Source: Eledone cirrhosa | Taxonomy: Eukaryota | DNA: 64,000 nt | NCBI GenBank assembly: GCA_964016885.1 | Contig: OZ024742.1 | Location: forward strand, 238,514,001-238,578,000 | Reading direction: 5' to 3' | Shown here: positions 25,044 to 40,200 of the stretch, one piece after another | Layout of the letters: each line of letters begins with the position of its first letter | How positions within the stretch are numbered: position 1 is the stretch's first letter | Notes under the pieces: model-generated | The model's database searches: none | What the model was told of the DNA's origin: nothing | Seen by the model: the letters and a program-made list of their open reading frames with translations, nothing else | Program-made: the position numbers and the translations under genes

Positions 25044-28000
25044 CTACAAACAAGAAAAGAAAAAAAGAAGTTTTTAAATATGAAGTTGGTGCTTCAACCA
25101 TCAAGCCATAAAACAAAATTTATAGTAATAATATTTCAATAATCAATATAAACAATGGCTCCAGTCTGATAACGTCTGTTGTCTGTACCAGTTTAGGTTT
25201 GGTTGTTGATATGCTGGGAGTTTTTGGTAGTTCTGAAGAGCATGATTAGTTTTATTTTTTATCTAGTGTGGTAAGTATTTGGTGGGTCAGGTTAAATATA
25301 AGTTTCTAAATTATATTTTCTTGAGTTGTGGATAACAATAGTTTAGAGTCGCTTTGTTTGTTTGTTAGAGCAATGGTTATACACATATATCATCATTTTA
25401 TGTCTGCTTTCCATGTTAGCATGGGTTTGACAGGTAGTTATGATCCAAGACCAGACATGTCTGGACAACCTGCTCTTGCTCATACATTCCATAGTTTCTA
25501 TGGTTTAATGCCCTTCCTAATACCCATCACCTTACAGAGTGTACTGAGTGTGGTTTTCACGGCACTAGCATGACCACTTTACAACACTAGGATGTACTGG
25601 GTGCATTTTATCAAGAAACCAGCACTAAAGAGATTATGTGATCATACATATACATAAATTCTCAAAACAGAAATAATATATAATAAATACAATAAATAAG
25701 ATGCAGTACTACATACCAACAATTCTGCGTTTGTCATCTGTTCGAAGTCGGATTATCTGCATTTTGGAGCTGGCACCACCTGGCAATGATGCTAACACAC
25801 TCTCTACTTTACTCCAGACACTGAGCACTGAGCCACTTAGTACATGGTAAGTCCTTGTACGTAAACCTATTTCACAATGTAATCCCATGCTTGTCTTTTT
25901 ACAATTTCCTTTCCTATAATAACAATAACAGAAAAATATTTTGGATAAATTTACATTCAAATGGGAGGCGTAAGAAACTGATCTTCAGATTGGATCAAAG
26001 GAAATGTTTTTATTGGTTTTTCCATTGCTGATAACACCTACTGGTTAGAACCCCTGGCAGAAGGAGCAACATGAAATATTGTAGCTTGTTCTAAAGAATA
26101 CAATGCGCTGTCCAGGTCAGGAATTGAACCCACAACCATATGATCGTTGAGTCCAACATCCTAATCGTCAGGCCACATGCTTTCATATATCTATAATTAA
26201 TCTATACATATATATAAAACTGTAGTTGTCTGTGTCCTCATTTTTGCAAAGTCTATACAAATCCACATTTCTACTCCGATTGACTTCAAACTTGCATTTA
26301 TATATTCCTTGCGGTCTAAAGATACTAACTGCAGCTTTTATTTTTCAATTTTCTGTTAGGCGCCGGTTATCGATCTCCGTCGAGCCCTTATAATATGTCT
26401 GTATTTCTGCATTACAACATTCTGACGAACATGCCATTGCTGACGTATTATCTTCGCTACATTCACACATATATATATACACATAAAAATATATGTATAT
26501 ATATATACACACACATATATATATATATATGCATACATACACATATCATCATCATTTTACGTCCGCTTTTCCCTGCTTGCAAGAATGGGACGGGAACAGA
26601 TTCTGGCTTGATTTCTACAGCTGGATGCCCTTCCTAACACCAACCTCATTTACAGTGAGTGCTGGGTGCTTTTTTTTCCGTGGCACCTCCACGACCACTT
26701 TGCAGTGGAATGATAGGGACCCCAATCCCTATCATCTCATTTCTACAACTGATTAAACTGGAGCAATGTGAAATAAAGTGTCTTGCTCAAGGAAACAACA
26801 CATCACGCCGTCTGAGAATTGAACTCACAACCTTTCGATTGCAAGGCCAATGCTCTAACCACTAAGCCATGTGCATTCATATATGCATACACACACACAC
26901 ACATATATATATATACACAACACACACACACACACACACACAGATACATTGTAGGTCGCTTTAACCCGTCTTTTATTATTCAAAAAACTTCTTGCCAATA
27001 AACATTAACCCTTTGTGCGCCATTCATCTAACTGCAGACCAACAAATACCAAGTAAACGGAGCGTTGACAAGAATGATGGCGAATGAATCTTCAAGGTAA
27101 ACAGTTTCCTCCCGAACTGTTAGTTCACACGGGTTTCTCTGCTACACCTTTTCGTAATAATACCGAACAACGTGCTGCTTGTTACTCCTTCCTCCAAAAG
27201 CCGTACAAAGCGGACATGTGCATCGGGTGCAAATCTACACCAGGCCTACGCGAGAAACTCGCAAGGGACTGCACCGCGAGGGATAGAGAGAAAGAGCAGC
27301 TTAGTGGAAAGAGTGCAAATGAACTTTTGAGGTAAGTAGCCTACACCTTACTGCTATGACACTGGAACCTTCTGCCAACTTAACCTGTGACTTTCTCTTT
27401 CACATTTACTCCAAAAGGTCAAAACAGAGGAGTATGAAAAGAAGGGGCTCAACAATATTTCTATCAACAATGCACGTAGACAGCTAAACTGTACTTTCAA
27501 CTTCTTAATTTTCTCCAAATAAAACAAGTTTCTTGTCGGTATATTTTCGTGAGTTTTTAACAGGCACTCACAAATAAACTTTTCTCATTGGAGGTGCTAT
27601 AACCAATGTTCTTACCCGTGCAATGCCAGGATACACTGCTAGTTAGAATTAAAATTACATACCAGTAAGCATGGATACATGTTTTTGCTGAAGAGTGGTA
27701 TTGATCATTCCACCAACTATGTGCTTCATCTGGCATCACCTTGGTTACAAAAAAATAGAGAGAAAATCAGTTATGCATAAAGAGACATTATAGTGACACA
27801 TTTAACATTCTATTTATTCATGAAATTTCAGCAGAATATCTGTTAAAGTCCATACAAACTAGACTATTTTACCTTCTTGAATTTCTTCTTCAATTCAGCA
27901 GGTGTTTCTGAACGAGGTTGTAAACCAGTATTTGGACGGTAGACATGGTACATCCTCTCTTTCTTCTTCACTGATGTCGGCATAACAGCAAGCACAGCAG

Positions 28001-31000
28001 TTTTTTTCCCATTTCTCATCTTTTAAAGAACAAGAGTATATAAATAATCATTAGATAAATACAGAGTTTATAATTAAAAAAATATAGAAAATTACATTAA
28101 AATAATTTATTTTAGAATATAAAATATTTCTTCCCCCTGACTGACCATGTGTTTGTATCTGGAAAGACACAAGCCTGGACAAGGTGCTTTTTTGTGGGGT
28201 CCAGCAGTCACTCATGCATGCCAATCTCCCATATACTATATAAGATGTTGTCCAAGGAAAAGGTAAAGGATGATACAGCTTGGTACCATTGTCATCACAA
28301 CTCTTTTTTTTTCCAGCTGAATCCACAGGTCTTCCCAGAAAGACTTTCCCTGTTCCATCTTAGTTCAAGAACTATGACAATTTTTAGACATTGTGAACTT
28401 TTATATTGTAATTTTCTTCCAGAGAAGTAACTAGACACACTCAAACCACTTTTTTTACTCCTAGACCCACTCCAAAAAGAGTTTAGGAAAATATCATTTG
28501 TGTACTGATGAGTGCAAGCCTTCTTTCATCCATCCCAAGATCTCGGTATATTCCTTATGGAAGGCATATCTGACACTACCATCAGTGGAGTTCAACAATA
28601 GCAATAAGACTCATGGAAACCCATGGTATTTTTTCCTCACAAAAGAAAGTGTGTACTGAAATGCTATTAGAAAGTTATGGCTATATAACTATATGTAGAA
28701 GGGAGATTATTATCTAAAAAGGAAAGGAATGAAGCTGATTGTCAGATTGTTGTTACAGCGTACACTGATGTAAGAGTAACAGGCTTCCTATGAGGTTCCA
28801 TCTCATAGGACGTTTCTCAGGTGTTTTAATGATAGAGATCCCAGTCAAGTGTCAACCCTACACAGTCTCACATACACAGCATAATTACTAAAACTACCTT
28901 ATCCATTAATGAAGAATGTAGAGAAAAAAACAAAAAAAAAATAAAACACCACAAACCTGTGCTGAGAGATAAAATCCATCATCTTGGCCCTTGCATTCTT
29001 TCCAAATATCTATTGCTTGATTCCAGGACAATCCGCGCTCCACACTTACCTAGAAAATGAAAATGTATGAAGAATGAACAGAAAAAAAAAAATGGGTGGG
29101 AGAAAGAGAGAGGAAAGAATAGTGAGAAAGAACGCAATTCATACCCTCTTCTTCGCCCACTTATTCCTGAGAGGGTCGTGGGGGTAGTCTTCAAACACTC
29201 CTTCCAGCGGGACCTATCAGAAGCAACCATTTCCAACTGATTTGGTTGGATCCCCAAGCAAGTCCAACCAAGCTCATGGATGTTATCCAACCATCTTGCT
29301 CAGGGTCTACCCCTAGGTCTCCTGCCGGTTGGTTTTGCCTGTAAAATCTGTCCAGTGATTCTTCCCTGAGACATCCTAACCACATGCCCACAGTATCGGA
29401 GCTGTGATCTCTCAATTTGGAGAAGTAGCAGCTCTACCTGGAGTGACTCTCTCATCTCCAACTTGCGCACTCTATCGAGCAAAATGGGCTGAGTAATATC
29501 AGAAGTACTTGCTTATCCCTGCATGTCATACCAAGCAACTAAAAGGTTTGACACCACCAAAGACATCCAGCTATGAAACACTATCTCAAAAAGAAGCCCA
29601 TGTGAAGGGTCTATAAAGCTAACTGCTGCTTTAGTGTAGGGAAATATCCTTAAAATGCTTGATGTTTGTTGTTGCATCAACATCATTTTACATCTAACTT
29701 CTAGAGTATACCCAGTCTACCCTCTCACATTACATGCAATGAAGTGGTTGGCACTAGCATCTAGCCATGGAAACTAAGCCAAAATGGAGCAAAACACAGT
29801 TGTCTAAACCTGTCTAGTCTCAGAACATAACCCAAGCAAGCAAGGAAAATAAAACAGTTATGATAATTTCCATTCTAACATAGGTTGGCCGGGTCATCAG
29901 AATCTGAGTAATTCTCATTCGGAGGTACTACCCTCATGCAGAAGGGCAGTACCGCCAAATGAGAATTACTCAGCTGGTTGCACTTCCAAACATCAAACAC
30001 TTTACAGAGTACTCACTACTCTATGCTGTCTGTGTTCATTCAAGGCAATATGACCTCCATATATTTTCAAAATTATTTCAAAACCATAGGCAGTGTCTTT
30101 CATTTTGTCTACTTTCCAAGTCAGGCTGGACAAATCACACAATCCGAGTCTAGAAACATCAATGAACAACAGCATGTTCCATTTATGGTATGGTTTCTAC
30201 AGCTGGATGCCCTTTTGAACAGCAGCCACCTTACAGAGTGTACATTTTATTGAGACACCTACACTACCATTTTACAGAGCGGACTATATATCTATCTATC
30301 TATATGTGTGTGTTTGCTGTTTATGCCTTGCAACTTAGTAGTTTTATTTATTTCTATTTTTTCAACGCCTGGCTTTAAAAAATAAATACTGTGGTTGATA
30401 TAATTGACTAATTCCCTTATAGGTGGCGCCCCAATATGGCCTCAGTTTAATGGCTGAAACCTGTAAATTTATATTTGAAGAAACTTTTGTTTTATAGTAA
30501 TTAATTAAAATACTAATTGGAATAGTTTACACACTTTTTCTTTTTCCAGGTAAATGGCTGTGGCTATGCTGGGGCACCAGCAATATATCAGTTTTTACTG
30601 ACTATGGTAATCATCATCATCATTTAACATCTATTTTCCATGCTTGCATGGGTTAGACTCCACTCAGAAATATGGTAACAAAAGGGTTAAAACAACTCAC
30701 TGTATGCAATTCAGTTCTGGCTTTGTTTAAATCAGTGTTACCAACAAATATTTTGGATTCCAATTTCTTTACACTTTCTCCGCCAGAACCCAAATCTACA
30801 AAAAAGAAAAACACAGAAATTCTTTACCCACAAATTCCTGTGAGGGTTGTGGGAGCAGAGTCCTCAGATGTGCCTTCCAGAAGCAACAATCTCAAAATGA
30901 TCCAAATGAAACCAATAGGCAACTTTAGGAGTCAATCTATCCATTTATTTCCTTTGAAGTAAGTCAAGATGGCAGAAAATTATTTCAATAACGAGCATTC

Positions 31001-33460
31001 CATCTCTTAAATTCATGTGTAAGTGGCTGAGTATTCCACAAACGTGTACCATTAACAGAATTCCCAAACTGAATCAGCTAGACACAATATGTAACAACAC
31101 TGGACATTTAAATAACGGGTAGAATCCACAATAGACAAACATCTAACCAAATGATGAATCCTCCATTGGTTTCAACAATGGCTGTTCGGTTGTTCGATCA
31201 GTATCCAACTCATTAAATTAATGTGTAGGTGACATTGAGTATTCCACAAACACACGTAGCCATAATATAATTTTCAAGCTGAATCAATAAGACGCAATAT
31301 GTGACAACCCCTCCAATGGGCTTTCATAGTTTCCACCACCCAATTTCACTCAAAAGGTTTTAACTTGAGGCTAAACGCCACTTGTGCAAGATATCGTGCA
31401 ATGTGTTTAAACTCAGAACCTTATGGTTGTGAAGCAAACTTCACTCAGCCATACCTATATCAAAGTCTCACAATAATATGTTATCACATTCTGGAGGGCG
31501 AAATGAAAACACGATCTTGATGTAGATCAAACTCAGAACATAGAGAGACTTAATTAAATATCGACACTTGCTGAAGATGTCATGCAATGAGATTGTACCA
31601 GAGACCTTACAATTACAGAGTGAATGTCGTAAACATTTAGTCATACTGTGTTCACAAAGAATGAAATACTCACCCACGATACCCATGTCCCAACGTCCGT
31701 TTCTCTTGGCATCCAAGATAATAGCTGTTAACGTCTCTGAGAAGTATTTAAATAGAGAATTCTGTTGTTCAACAGGCATTCCTAGTATTCTGTTTAAGAA
31801 TTTGCTGATATTGTTATATTCTGGGGAGAAAAGAAAAAAAAAAGATTAATAAGGCCAAAGGAAAATTTATCAAACGGAGAACATTGGCCCTTTTGATACC
31901 AAACTGCCTGAAACTACCCCTGCTTCAACATATTTCTATTAATCTTAATATATTCCATAATAATTTTATGTAATAACCTTTTTTTTTATATTTATCTGTC
32001 AGGTGTTTTCATACACTAGATAGATAATGAGAAAGTATATTACTAAATCCCTTCAAATTCTTGATTATTTTAAAAATAATTTGAAAATCTTAGGCAGTAC
32101 CTTTCATTAGAAATAAGGTAACAAAAATGATGAAGTGTTTATACTTATCTAAAAACCTTCAGTCATAATTTTATATAAGAACCATTGTTATGATAGATAA
32201 TGGGAAAATTACAAGTTATATTACTAAATCCCTTGAAATCTGTCATGATTTTTCAAAATGTTTTAGAAATCATAACAGTATCTTTCATTAGAAATATGGT
32301 AACAAAAGGGTTAAAGGGATCATCTGCAAATGTTTAGAAGATAAAAACAATACCTTTTTCTAAAAGAGGAGTACCAAGCCGTTCATCTACAGCTATCATA
32401 CCAACACCAATCAATGAATTCTTGATATCTGAAGTAAAGAAAACAAAGGGAAACTCATTCAAAAGAACAAAAATACATTTAAATGTCATTCAATCATTTC
32501 ACATCAAGGTAACCTTTATATTAAAAGTTGTCATTTTTTTTTTAACTCTTAAACGTCCTGTACAACATGAAATCACATTAGCAAAAGACTTTTTTAAAAG
32601 TGCAAAACAGCACTATGACCGTAGCACATTGAAATTTTAAGTTTTTAGTTGAATACTGTAAATTTTTACATGGATCTGTCAACTAGTAAAAGATATTATA
32701 AACATTTGAATTACCAAACCTGCTTTTAGATATTTTCTACAAAATCATTACATGATGTTATGAGTTAAAACTGGTGTAAACACTGTAAGATTGTGTACCT
32801 TTTGAGAATATCATTTTTATTGCGTCCTCATGATACTGGTGTTTTAAAATTATTTTTTTAAATGACAAAGAAATACAGCATATAACTTACCTTCAAAGAA
32901 ATTTCCAGAATATTCTGATGGTGTTGAAACAAGTGGAGGTTCATATCTTAGTACAGATTTCATCACTGCTTCCAAAGCAGTTCTGCCATACTATAAGATG
33001 ATGTAAAACAAAAACAATCAGTAAGTTACCTACATCACTTATATTTGTGAGAAGGAAGTATTTTACCACTATTAAACTCTCTCTCTCTCTTTCTAACAAA
33101 GGAAATAACAAATTTTGTTAAATTTTAAGTGTCAACATTAAACAAAATCTAAATTGATTTTTAAATTATTCACTGTTCAGATAAATAATAAAACATTTTG
33201 AAACAATTTTCAGAATTGGTCATTAATTAAAAAAAGGGAATATAAGGGACTGGGTTAATCTAGATGAGATGCTCTCTTTATTGTGTAGATCACCAAAACT
33301 AGGGAGATTGTTATGTCTTTGATATCAACCTTTTCATGTTGGCATGGGCTGAATGGGACACTTTGAGGCAATGTTTTACAAGCAGATGCCCATCATGACA
33401 CTAACCCAGTTAATTACATGCATACATACATATATGTATATATATGTATGTATGTGTATG

Positions 33461-33497
<37 letters not shown>

Positions 33498-33507
33498 ATA
33501 CATACAC

Positions 33508-33580
<73 letters not shown>

Positions 33581-34203
33581 AGTGGAGAGAATTGAAATTT
33601 GAAACTTCGCCATATCATTGACTAATTAATATAATCTAATAATGGAGCATATAAAGAGTTCCTATTTAAATTGAAATTTTCCAACATAATTTTATATAAG
33701 AACCATATGTTAAGTTACTATCTTACTAATGAAATAATTTATAATTTTTGGGCAGGTTGATATCAAGTGTTAAGTATTCTTGTTGTCTTAAAAATTGCCA
33801 ACTGAATCCTATAAGAATATCTATATATAAGGACACCCCCGTCCCACTACCCCCACCCCATCCACACCACCCCTTTCAAGGTAAAGTTATGTTGGTACCA
33901 GCCCGAAACAAATGAGGTCATGTAGGTGTCACGACAAAAAAACACACAGTCCACGCTGTAATGTGGCCGTGTAGGTAACACGGTAAAAACCTCCCAGTTC
34001 CACACTGTAAATGTGGCTGGTGCTAGGAAGGGCATCCAGCCGTAGAAAACCCGCCAGACAGTCCTATGCGAGTAGGACAACCACTTTTGCCTCAAGTGGG
34101 AAAACTCCCGTCCAAACCCATGCAAGCGTGGAATATGGACGTTAAACGATGATGATGATGATGATGATAAACTCACTAAATGGAAAAAGATGGGTATATA
34201 CAT

Positions 34204-34247
<44 letters not shown>

Positions 34248-37200
34248 ATGATGATGATGATGATGATGATGATGATCAATCATCATCACCATTTAACATC
34301 CATTTTCCTTTGCTAGCATGATTAGACGAGTTGTCCCTAAGTCAGATCAGGTGACCGTATCTTGATCATACAAAACTGATTCTGGCTTGGTTTCTATGGC
34401 TGGATGCCCTTCCTAATACCGACCACATTTAGTGTGTACTGGGGGCTTTTTGTTGTGACACCTAATATGACTACTTTATAGGGTGGGCCGGGCACTTTTG
34501 TCATGATACTTACATGACCAGTTTATAGTGTGGGCTGGAGACTTGGGTAAGAAGATCTAAGGACATGGGAAGTGAAGGTGGGTCATACTAGATGTATGCT
34601 TCAACCCATGCACAGAGGAAGGTGGGTCTTCTGTATTACTGCATGAGTGAGAGAGAGACATACAGAGATACAAAAATAGAGAATGAGAGAAATAGATAAA
34701 AACAGAGAAAAATAAATAAAACGTACTTTATTATCAAAGTTGAAACGACTTAAATCTCTGGTCTCTGTCGCCCGCCGGTCACCATGTGTCAAGGCGCCCT
34801 AGAAAATAAGTTTTAAAAAAGTCTATTTAAACAAATCATTAATGTATTAAAAACAGATATAAAAACAAAATATCCCATATATATCACTGAAAATTACTGC
34901 AGGTATCTTGGCAAAGGATTTAGCATTAAAAGATAAATGTTGATTACTTAGACAGTTTGAGAATAATAATTGTTTCTACTTTTGGCACAAGGCCAGCAAA
35001 TACCCAGTGTATTACTGGTACTTTATTTTATCGACCCCATAAGGATGAAAGGCAAAGTTAACCTCGGCGGGATTTGAACTCAGAATGGCAAGGGCCGTAA
35101 CTATGCGTCAAAGCATGGTGTCCGACCCTCTACCGATACTGAGGGTTTAGTATGAGGAACAAGGACAGAGTCGCCTTCAGTCATGGTTGGCCATGGGTTT
35201 GCATCTATATGGCATGAACATGGATAGTGTGTTTTGTGGAAGACCAGCACTCATCTGCCTATGCAAGTCTCCCCTCTCCACGACATTGGCATTGTCTAAA
35301 GGAAGGCATGAGTCATGCTCAAAAACAATGTGCTGCCTGGTCCGGGAAGCAAACTCATAACCATACAATCATGAACCCAACCTAACCACAAAGCCACATA
35401 TCTTCAGATTTAGTATAAATAATGGTAATAAACTGTAATATTACTTAATATTCCTTGGTAAATGTAGAAGGGTTTAGTATGGAGCTGATCTCAAATCACT
35501 GAAGCTCACAGAGAAAATGACAAAGATTGCAACAAGTGAAGAGATGCTTTGATGGAAAAAATCTGTCCAACCAAAATGATGATGAAGAATTTAGTATGGC
35601 AGGTTTAGTATAAACTATAGGAATAGATTGTAATATTACTTACTAGACTCTCAAGTCTTTTGGCAACTGTAGAAGCAAATCTCCGTTCTCCTGCTAGCTC
35701 TGATATGAGGAATATGTATTCGGGAGCACTAACTTGATTTGATCGATGTGTCCGACCTGTAATGTCAAAAGTCAGGTTGTAAAAATAAAAAAAGATATAT
35801 ACTGTAAAAACAATTTTCTAATTTCATGAAAAGGTATTGTTAAATTCTAAAATAATTATAGGATATTAATTGCTACTTTAGTGTGTCAACTGTAGTATCC
35901 ATAGTCTACACCATGTAATGACCTCACTTGTCTACTGGTTTAGGGTTAGTTTTGTAGTTGAGATAGACAGCATGTTGAACTGTAAATGGTTAGATAGACA
36001 TTGATCATTAAGTTAATACTAATTTCTTACAAGAACCCAAAGGCAAACTCAGTAGTGTTGGTGTCACAATAAAATGGCATTTGATATGAATCCAAACAAT
36101 CTACAGAGATATAATATCTATTTAACTATGTGTACCAACGTTTTTAGAATCGATACATGGTATCTTTGTGCGTCACAAGAGATGACTAAATGGGTAAGCA
36201 CCAGGAAAGGCATCTGATTGTAAAACACTACCTTAACTATTCCTGTTCAACACATGCTAGCATGGAAAAGATCATAATTGTTTCTACGTCTGGCACAAGG
36301 CCATCAATTACCCAGTGCATTACTGGTACTTTATTTTATCGACCCCGCAAGGATGAAAGGCAAAGTTAACCTCGGCGGGATTTGAACTCAGAATGGCAAA
36401 GGCCGTAACTCTATGCGTCAAAGCATGGCGTCCGACCCTCTACCGATACTGCCAATCCACCATAATGATTATCAGTATTGGATATAACAATGTACAAGGA
36501 AATTTCCAAACTTTTTAAACCTGGTAAAATTTAAAGATATGATTTTTCATACTATTAACATCTAATAAAATGGTAGGCACCAAAGGCATCTATCTGGTTA
36601 TAAAATATTGCCTAAAAATGGACCCCATGATGAGTATGAAGCTTGTCATGAAATCTTCAAAGTTAACACCTGCTTTAGCAGGATCAATGCCCAGCACAAC
36701 ATGACTATAAACAAGCAAGTTATTCTTGAAAAGTACAAAGCAGCACTATGACTACAACACATTAAAAATTAGTCTTTATTTTTCAGCAAATTTTCATGAT
36801 GATCTGTCTGCAAGTAAAGATACTATAAACGTTTCAATTCAATAAACCTGTTTTTAGATATTTTCTGTCAAATCATAGCTGGAACTTAAGAGTTAAAAAT
36901 AATTGTTCTTGTGTTTTGTTGTATTAACCTCAACTTTATTAAATCAACTCATAAAAATGATATTTCTTCAATTAAGCCCCAAAACTTACCAAACTGCTGT
37001 ATAGCTCTATCTGCACTCCAAGGTAGCTCTAATGTTATGTGAACTCTTCTCTTTTGATTTCGAGCTCTTCGATCAGCTTGAAGGGAAATTCCTGAACTAG
37101 CCGCTTCAGATATGATAGCAATGTTCTAAACAAATAAACAATGTCAGTCATACATGTATTGCTTTAAAAATTAGAAAAAATAGGGATTCAATATTTGAAG

Positions 37201-40200
37201 ATATTTAGTTGCTTGAATCAACCTTGTATTACTGGTTTAATTATCTTATCAACTTCAGAGATGTAGTCCTTAATGTGACTGATTTTTTTTTACCACTTAG
37301 TCAGAAATGGAAAGACAATGACCATGGGCTTTATTTTTAAAGAACCTCTGAAGCTAGTAGGAGGAAAGGAGAAGTTATTCACTAACAGGAGACTTGGTTT
37401 AAATATTTGTAACAAAGTTAACCCTGCTGAAGTCACCTATGGACAAGGTGGCAGTGTTAAACCAGGCAACTGATTATGTCTAACAATCTTTGGTGGAATC
37501 TACTGTTGCAAGTATTCAGGTTTGATCACCAGTTTGAGGACACCCCCACCCCCTCTCAGCTGCTGAGATCCTGAAAAGGACTATAGACACTGCCCTTCTC
37601 TCCTTAACTCAACATTAACAAAAAAATACTAAGGCTATGATAAGGTATTTTGGAACAAAATAGAATAATAATCAAAGTATTCTTTTACTAGCACTTTTTT
37701 TTTTTTATATATAAAACAATGGTACAGTGGATCTTCACTTTTCCGAAATTCGATTTACCGGACGGTTATTTCTATACTCCGCATGCGGAAGCATATCATC
37801 ATATAGACCAATTTTTAACATATTTGAGGTATGAGGGACTGGCGGATCCGGTTAGCACTGCGACATGTTTACGTTGGCGGGAAATGGTAGCAGAACGACG
37901 AGCTTCGGCGTGAAAACAATCTTCTATTTATTCATTTTTAAAAAAGTACTAACTTTTTATGGTTTGACTCAATTCAGTTTTACCAAGTTTTTAGTTATTC
38001 TTATGTTTGTTTAATTAATTTTCTTATAAATTCTAGCTGTTCTTTTGTTATTCTAATAAACTTTCTTTACTTAGCATTTGTCTTTTATTCTGACTAAAAG
38101 AAGCGAAAACATTAGAAACCACAAGCATTATGTAACAATGGGATTTTAGAATTCACTTATCCGGATCTTTTGCTAACTGTTTGGTTTTGACCGTCCGGAT
38201 AAGCGAAGATGCACTGTACTTATTTTATCGATCTCTATATGTTGAATTGCTAAGTTATAGGACACATACAAACAGTAAACATAATCAAAGACACACACTC
38301 ATTCATACAGACAATGGGTTTCTGTGTGTTAAGAGATCTTCAATATACCTTTTCACCATCCATGAAGCGCTGTTTTTCTGTGAGATTTAAGATTTCAAGT
38401 GGAACATCTAGTTCACTTCTTGATTCATAACACACAGCACCTTCTTCGTTAGTCACAACTCTACCTTTTCGACCTGTCATCTGAAAATAATAATATAGAG
38501 AAATTTTATTAAGTATTACAAATTATATGAGGTCTAAAACATTCAAGAATATTACAGGTTATTCCATATTTTTATAGGTAATACCATAAATTTTATGGAT
38601 CATTCCATAAATATTATGTTTTGCTATGAATATGACAGATCATTCCATAAATACTAGAGTTTATATGAGGTCTAGATACTCCACTATCCAGCAAACCATT
38701 CTCATTTTCATTCTTTCCAGCTTTCTCTGCTGTTCTATATTCATTAGCCATGTCTCATTCCCATAATTCACGGGGCTCCTTTCATACAGCATTACACCTT
38801 CCTCTTTAGTTTCAGTGACCCTACCCATCTTCAATAGCACACCGCTCAATTCCCAGATTTTATTCTGCGCATCTGACCCTTCTTCATTCATATGTCTCTG
38901 AGGTAACAAAACATCTGACCCTTCTTCATTCATATGTCTCTGAGGTAACAAAACATCTGACCCTTCTTCATTCATATGTCTCTGAGGTAACAAAACATCT
39001 GACCCTTCTTCATTCATATGTCTCTGAGGTAACAAAACATCTGACCTTCTTCATTCACATGTCTCTGAGGTAACAAAACATTTTCAAACATTCCATCTTC
39101 ACATCATTTCCATGATCCAGTTCAGCATCCTCCTCATCTGTAGCTCTCCCAATATACACCTAACATTAACAATATGAACTGAATAAAATACCAAATACCA
39201 AAATATTAAAAACTTACTTCAGCTACATTTTCAGGACCACCAAGTTCATCAATCAAATGGTCCAAAGTATTTGGGGGAAGAATATCTGCTAGTTTTTCAA
39301 TACTTTCCAATAATTCTCTTTTCATAGCAATAGCTTTGTCAATGCTGTCCATACCAACTGTAACAATAATCATCATCATATCTTTATTCATTTATAATGT
39401 ATCGAGATGGGGGCAGTTAAACTTGGTGGAATCCACCCCTCTAAAGGTTGGTACAAAACAGATTTAGAGAATTAGAGAGAAGAGATATCGAGGAAGAGTC
39501 TACCTCAGTATTGAACTGGTATTATATCAACCCTGAAATGATGAAAGGAAAATTTACCTAGGCAGGATTTAAATTCAGAGTGCAGAAAGCATTAAACAAA
39601 TGCCACAAAACATTCTAGCAACTGTCACTTCCCCCATCTTATTTTATAAGATAGGGTGATGAATAGACAAGCTTATCTATAAATATATAGACATTTTAAA
39701 ATAAAATGGCTAGTGTGAGGAAGAACATCCAGCACTAGAAAACTTGCCGAACATAGGTTTGAGCAAACTCTTCAGTTGTGTCAAGGGCATGACAACCTCC
39801 TGAATGCTGCTGCCAGAATAAAATGCACCCAGCATGCTCTCTAGTAAAGTATGTGAGCCAGCTGTCCCCCGTGTGTCTGTGATGACAGTGGCCTCTATTG
39901 AGTACTGACTTGAGTACCTGTCCAACAAATGCAAGCCTGGAAAAACGGACATGTGATGATGGTGGTAACAGTGATAGTAATGAATGGCTATAACAACACA
40001 ACTGAAAAAAAACGTTAACAGTACTTACTGGTGTTATTGAATAAGGAAGCATGGTTAGTGTCAGTAGATAGCGAGTTGCTTTTCTTCAACAATCCAACAG
40101 CAGCTAAAGCTTTATCAAACTGAGCGTCTTCATCTTCGTCATCTACTTTGTTATTCTTGTGTTTCTTGCTTTTCTTAGATTTTTTTTTCTTTACTTTGCT

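Noticed and set aside
27740-28022. Two consecutive AAG acceptors as non-canonical splicing
   Set aside because: AAG is an uncommon but ordinary U2 acceptor; donors are standard and phases are consistent.
33353-33621. YI/IY-repeat ORFs here and elsewhere
   Set aside because: Translations of (TA)n and (TG)n microsatellites.
38661-39081. 42-bp repeats as a CRISPR array or a repeat-protein gene
   Set aside because: Units are contiguous with no spacers, the context is a eukaryotic intron, and the unit derives from a LINE fragment.
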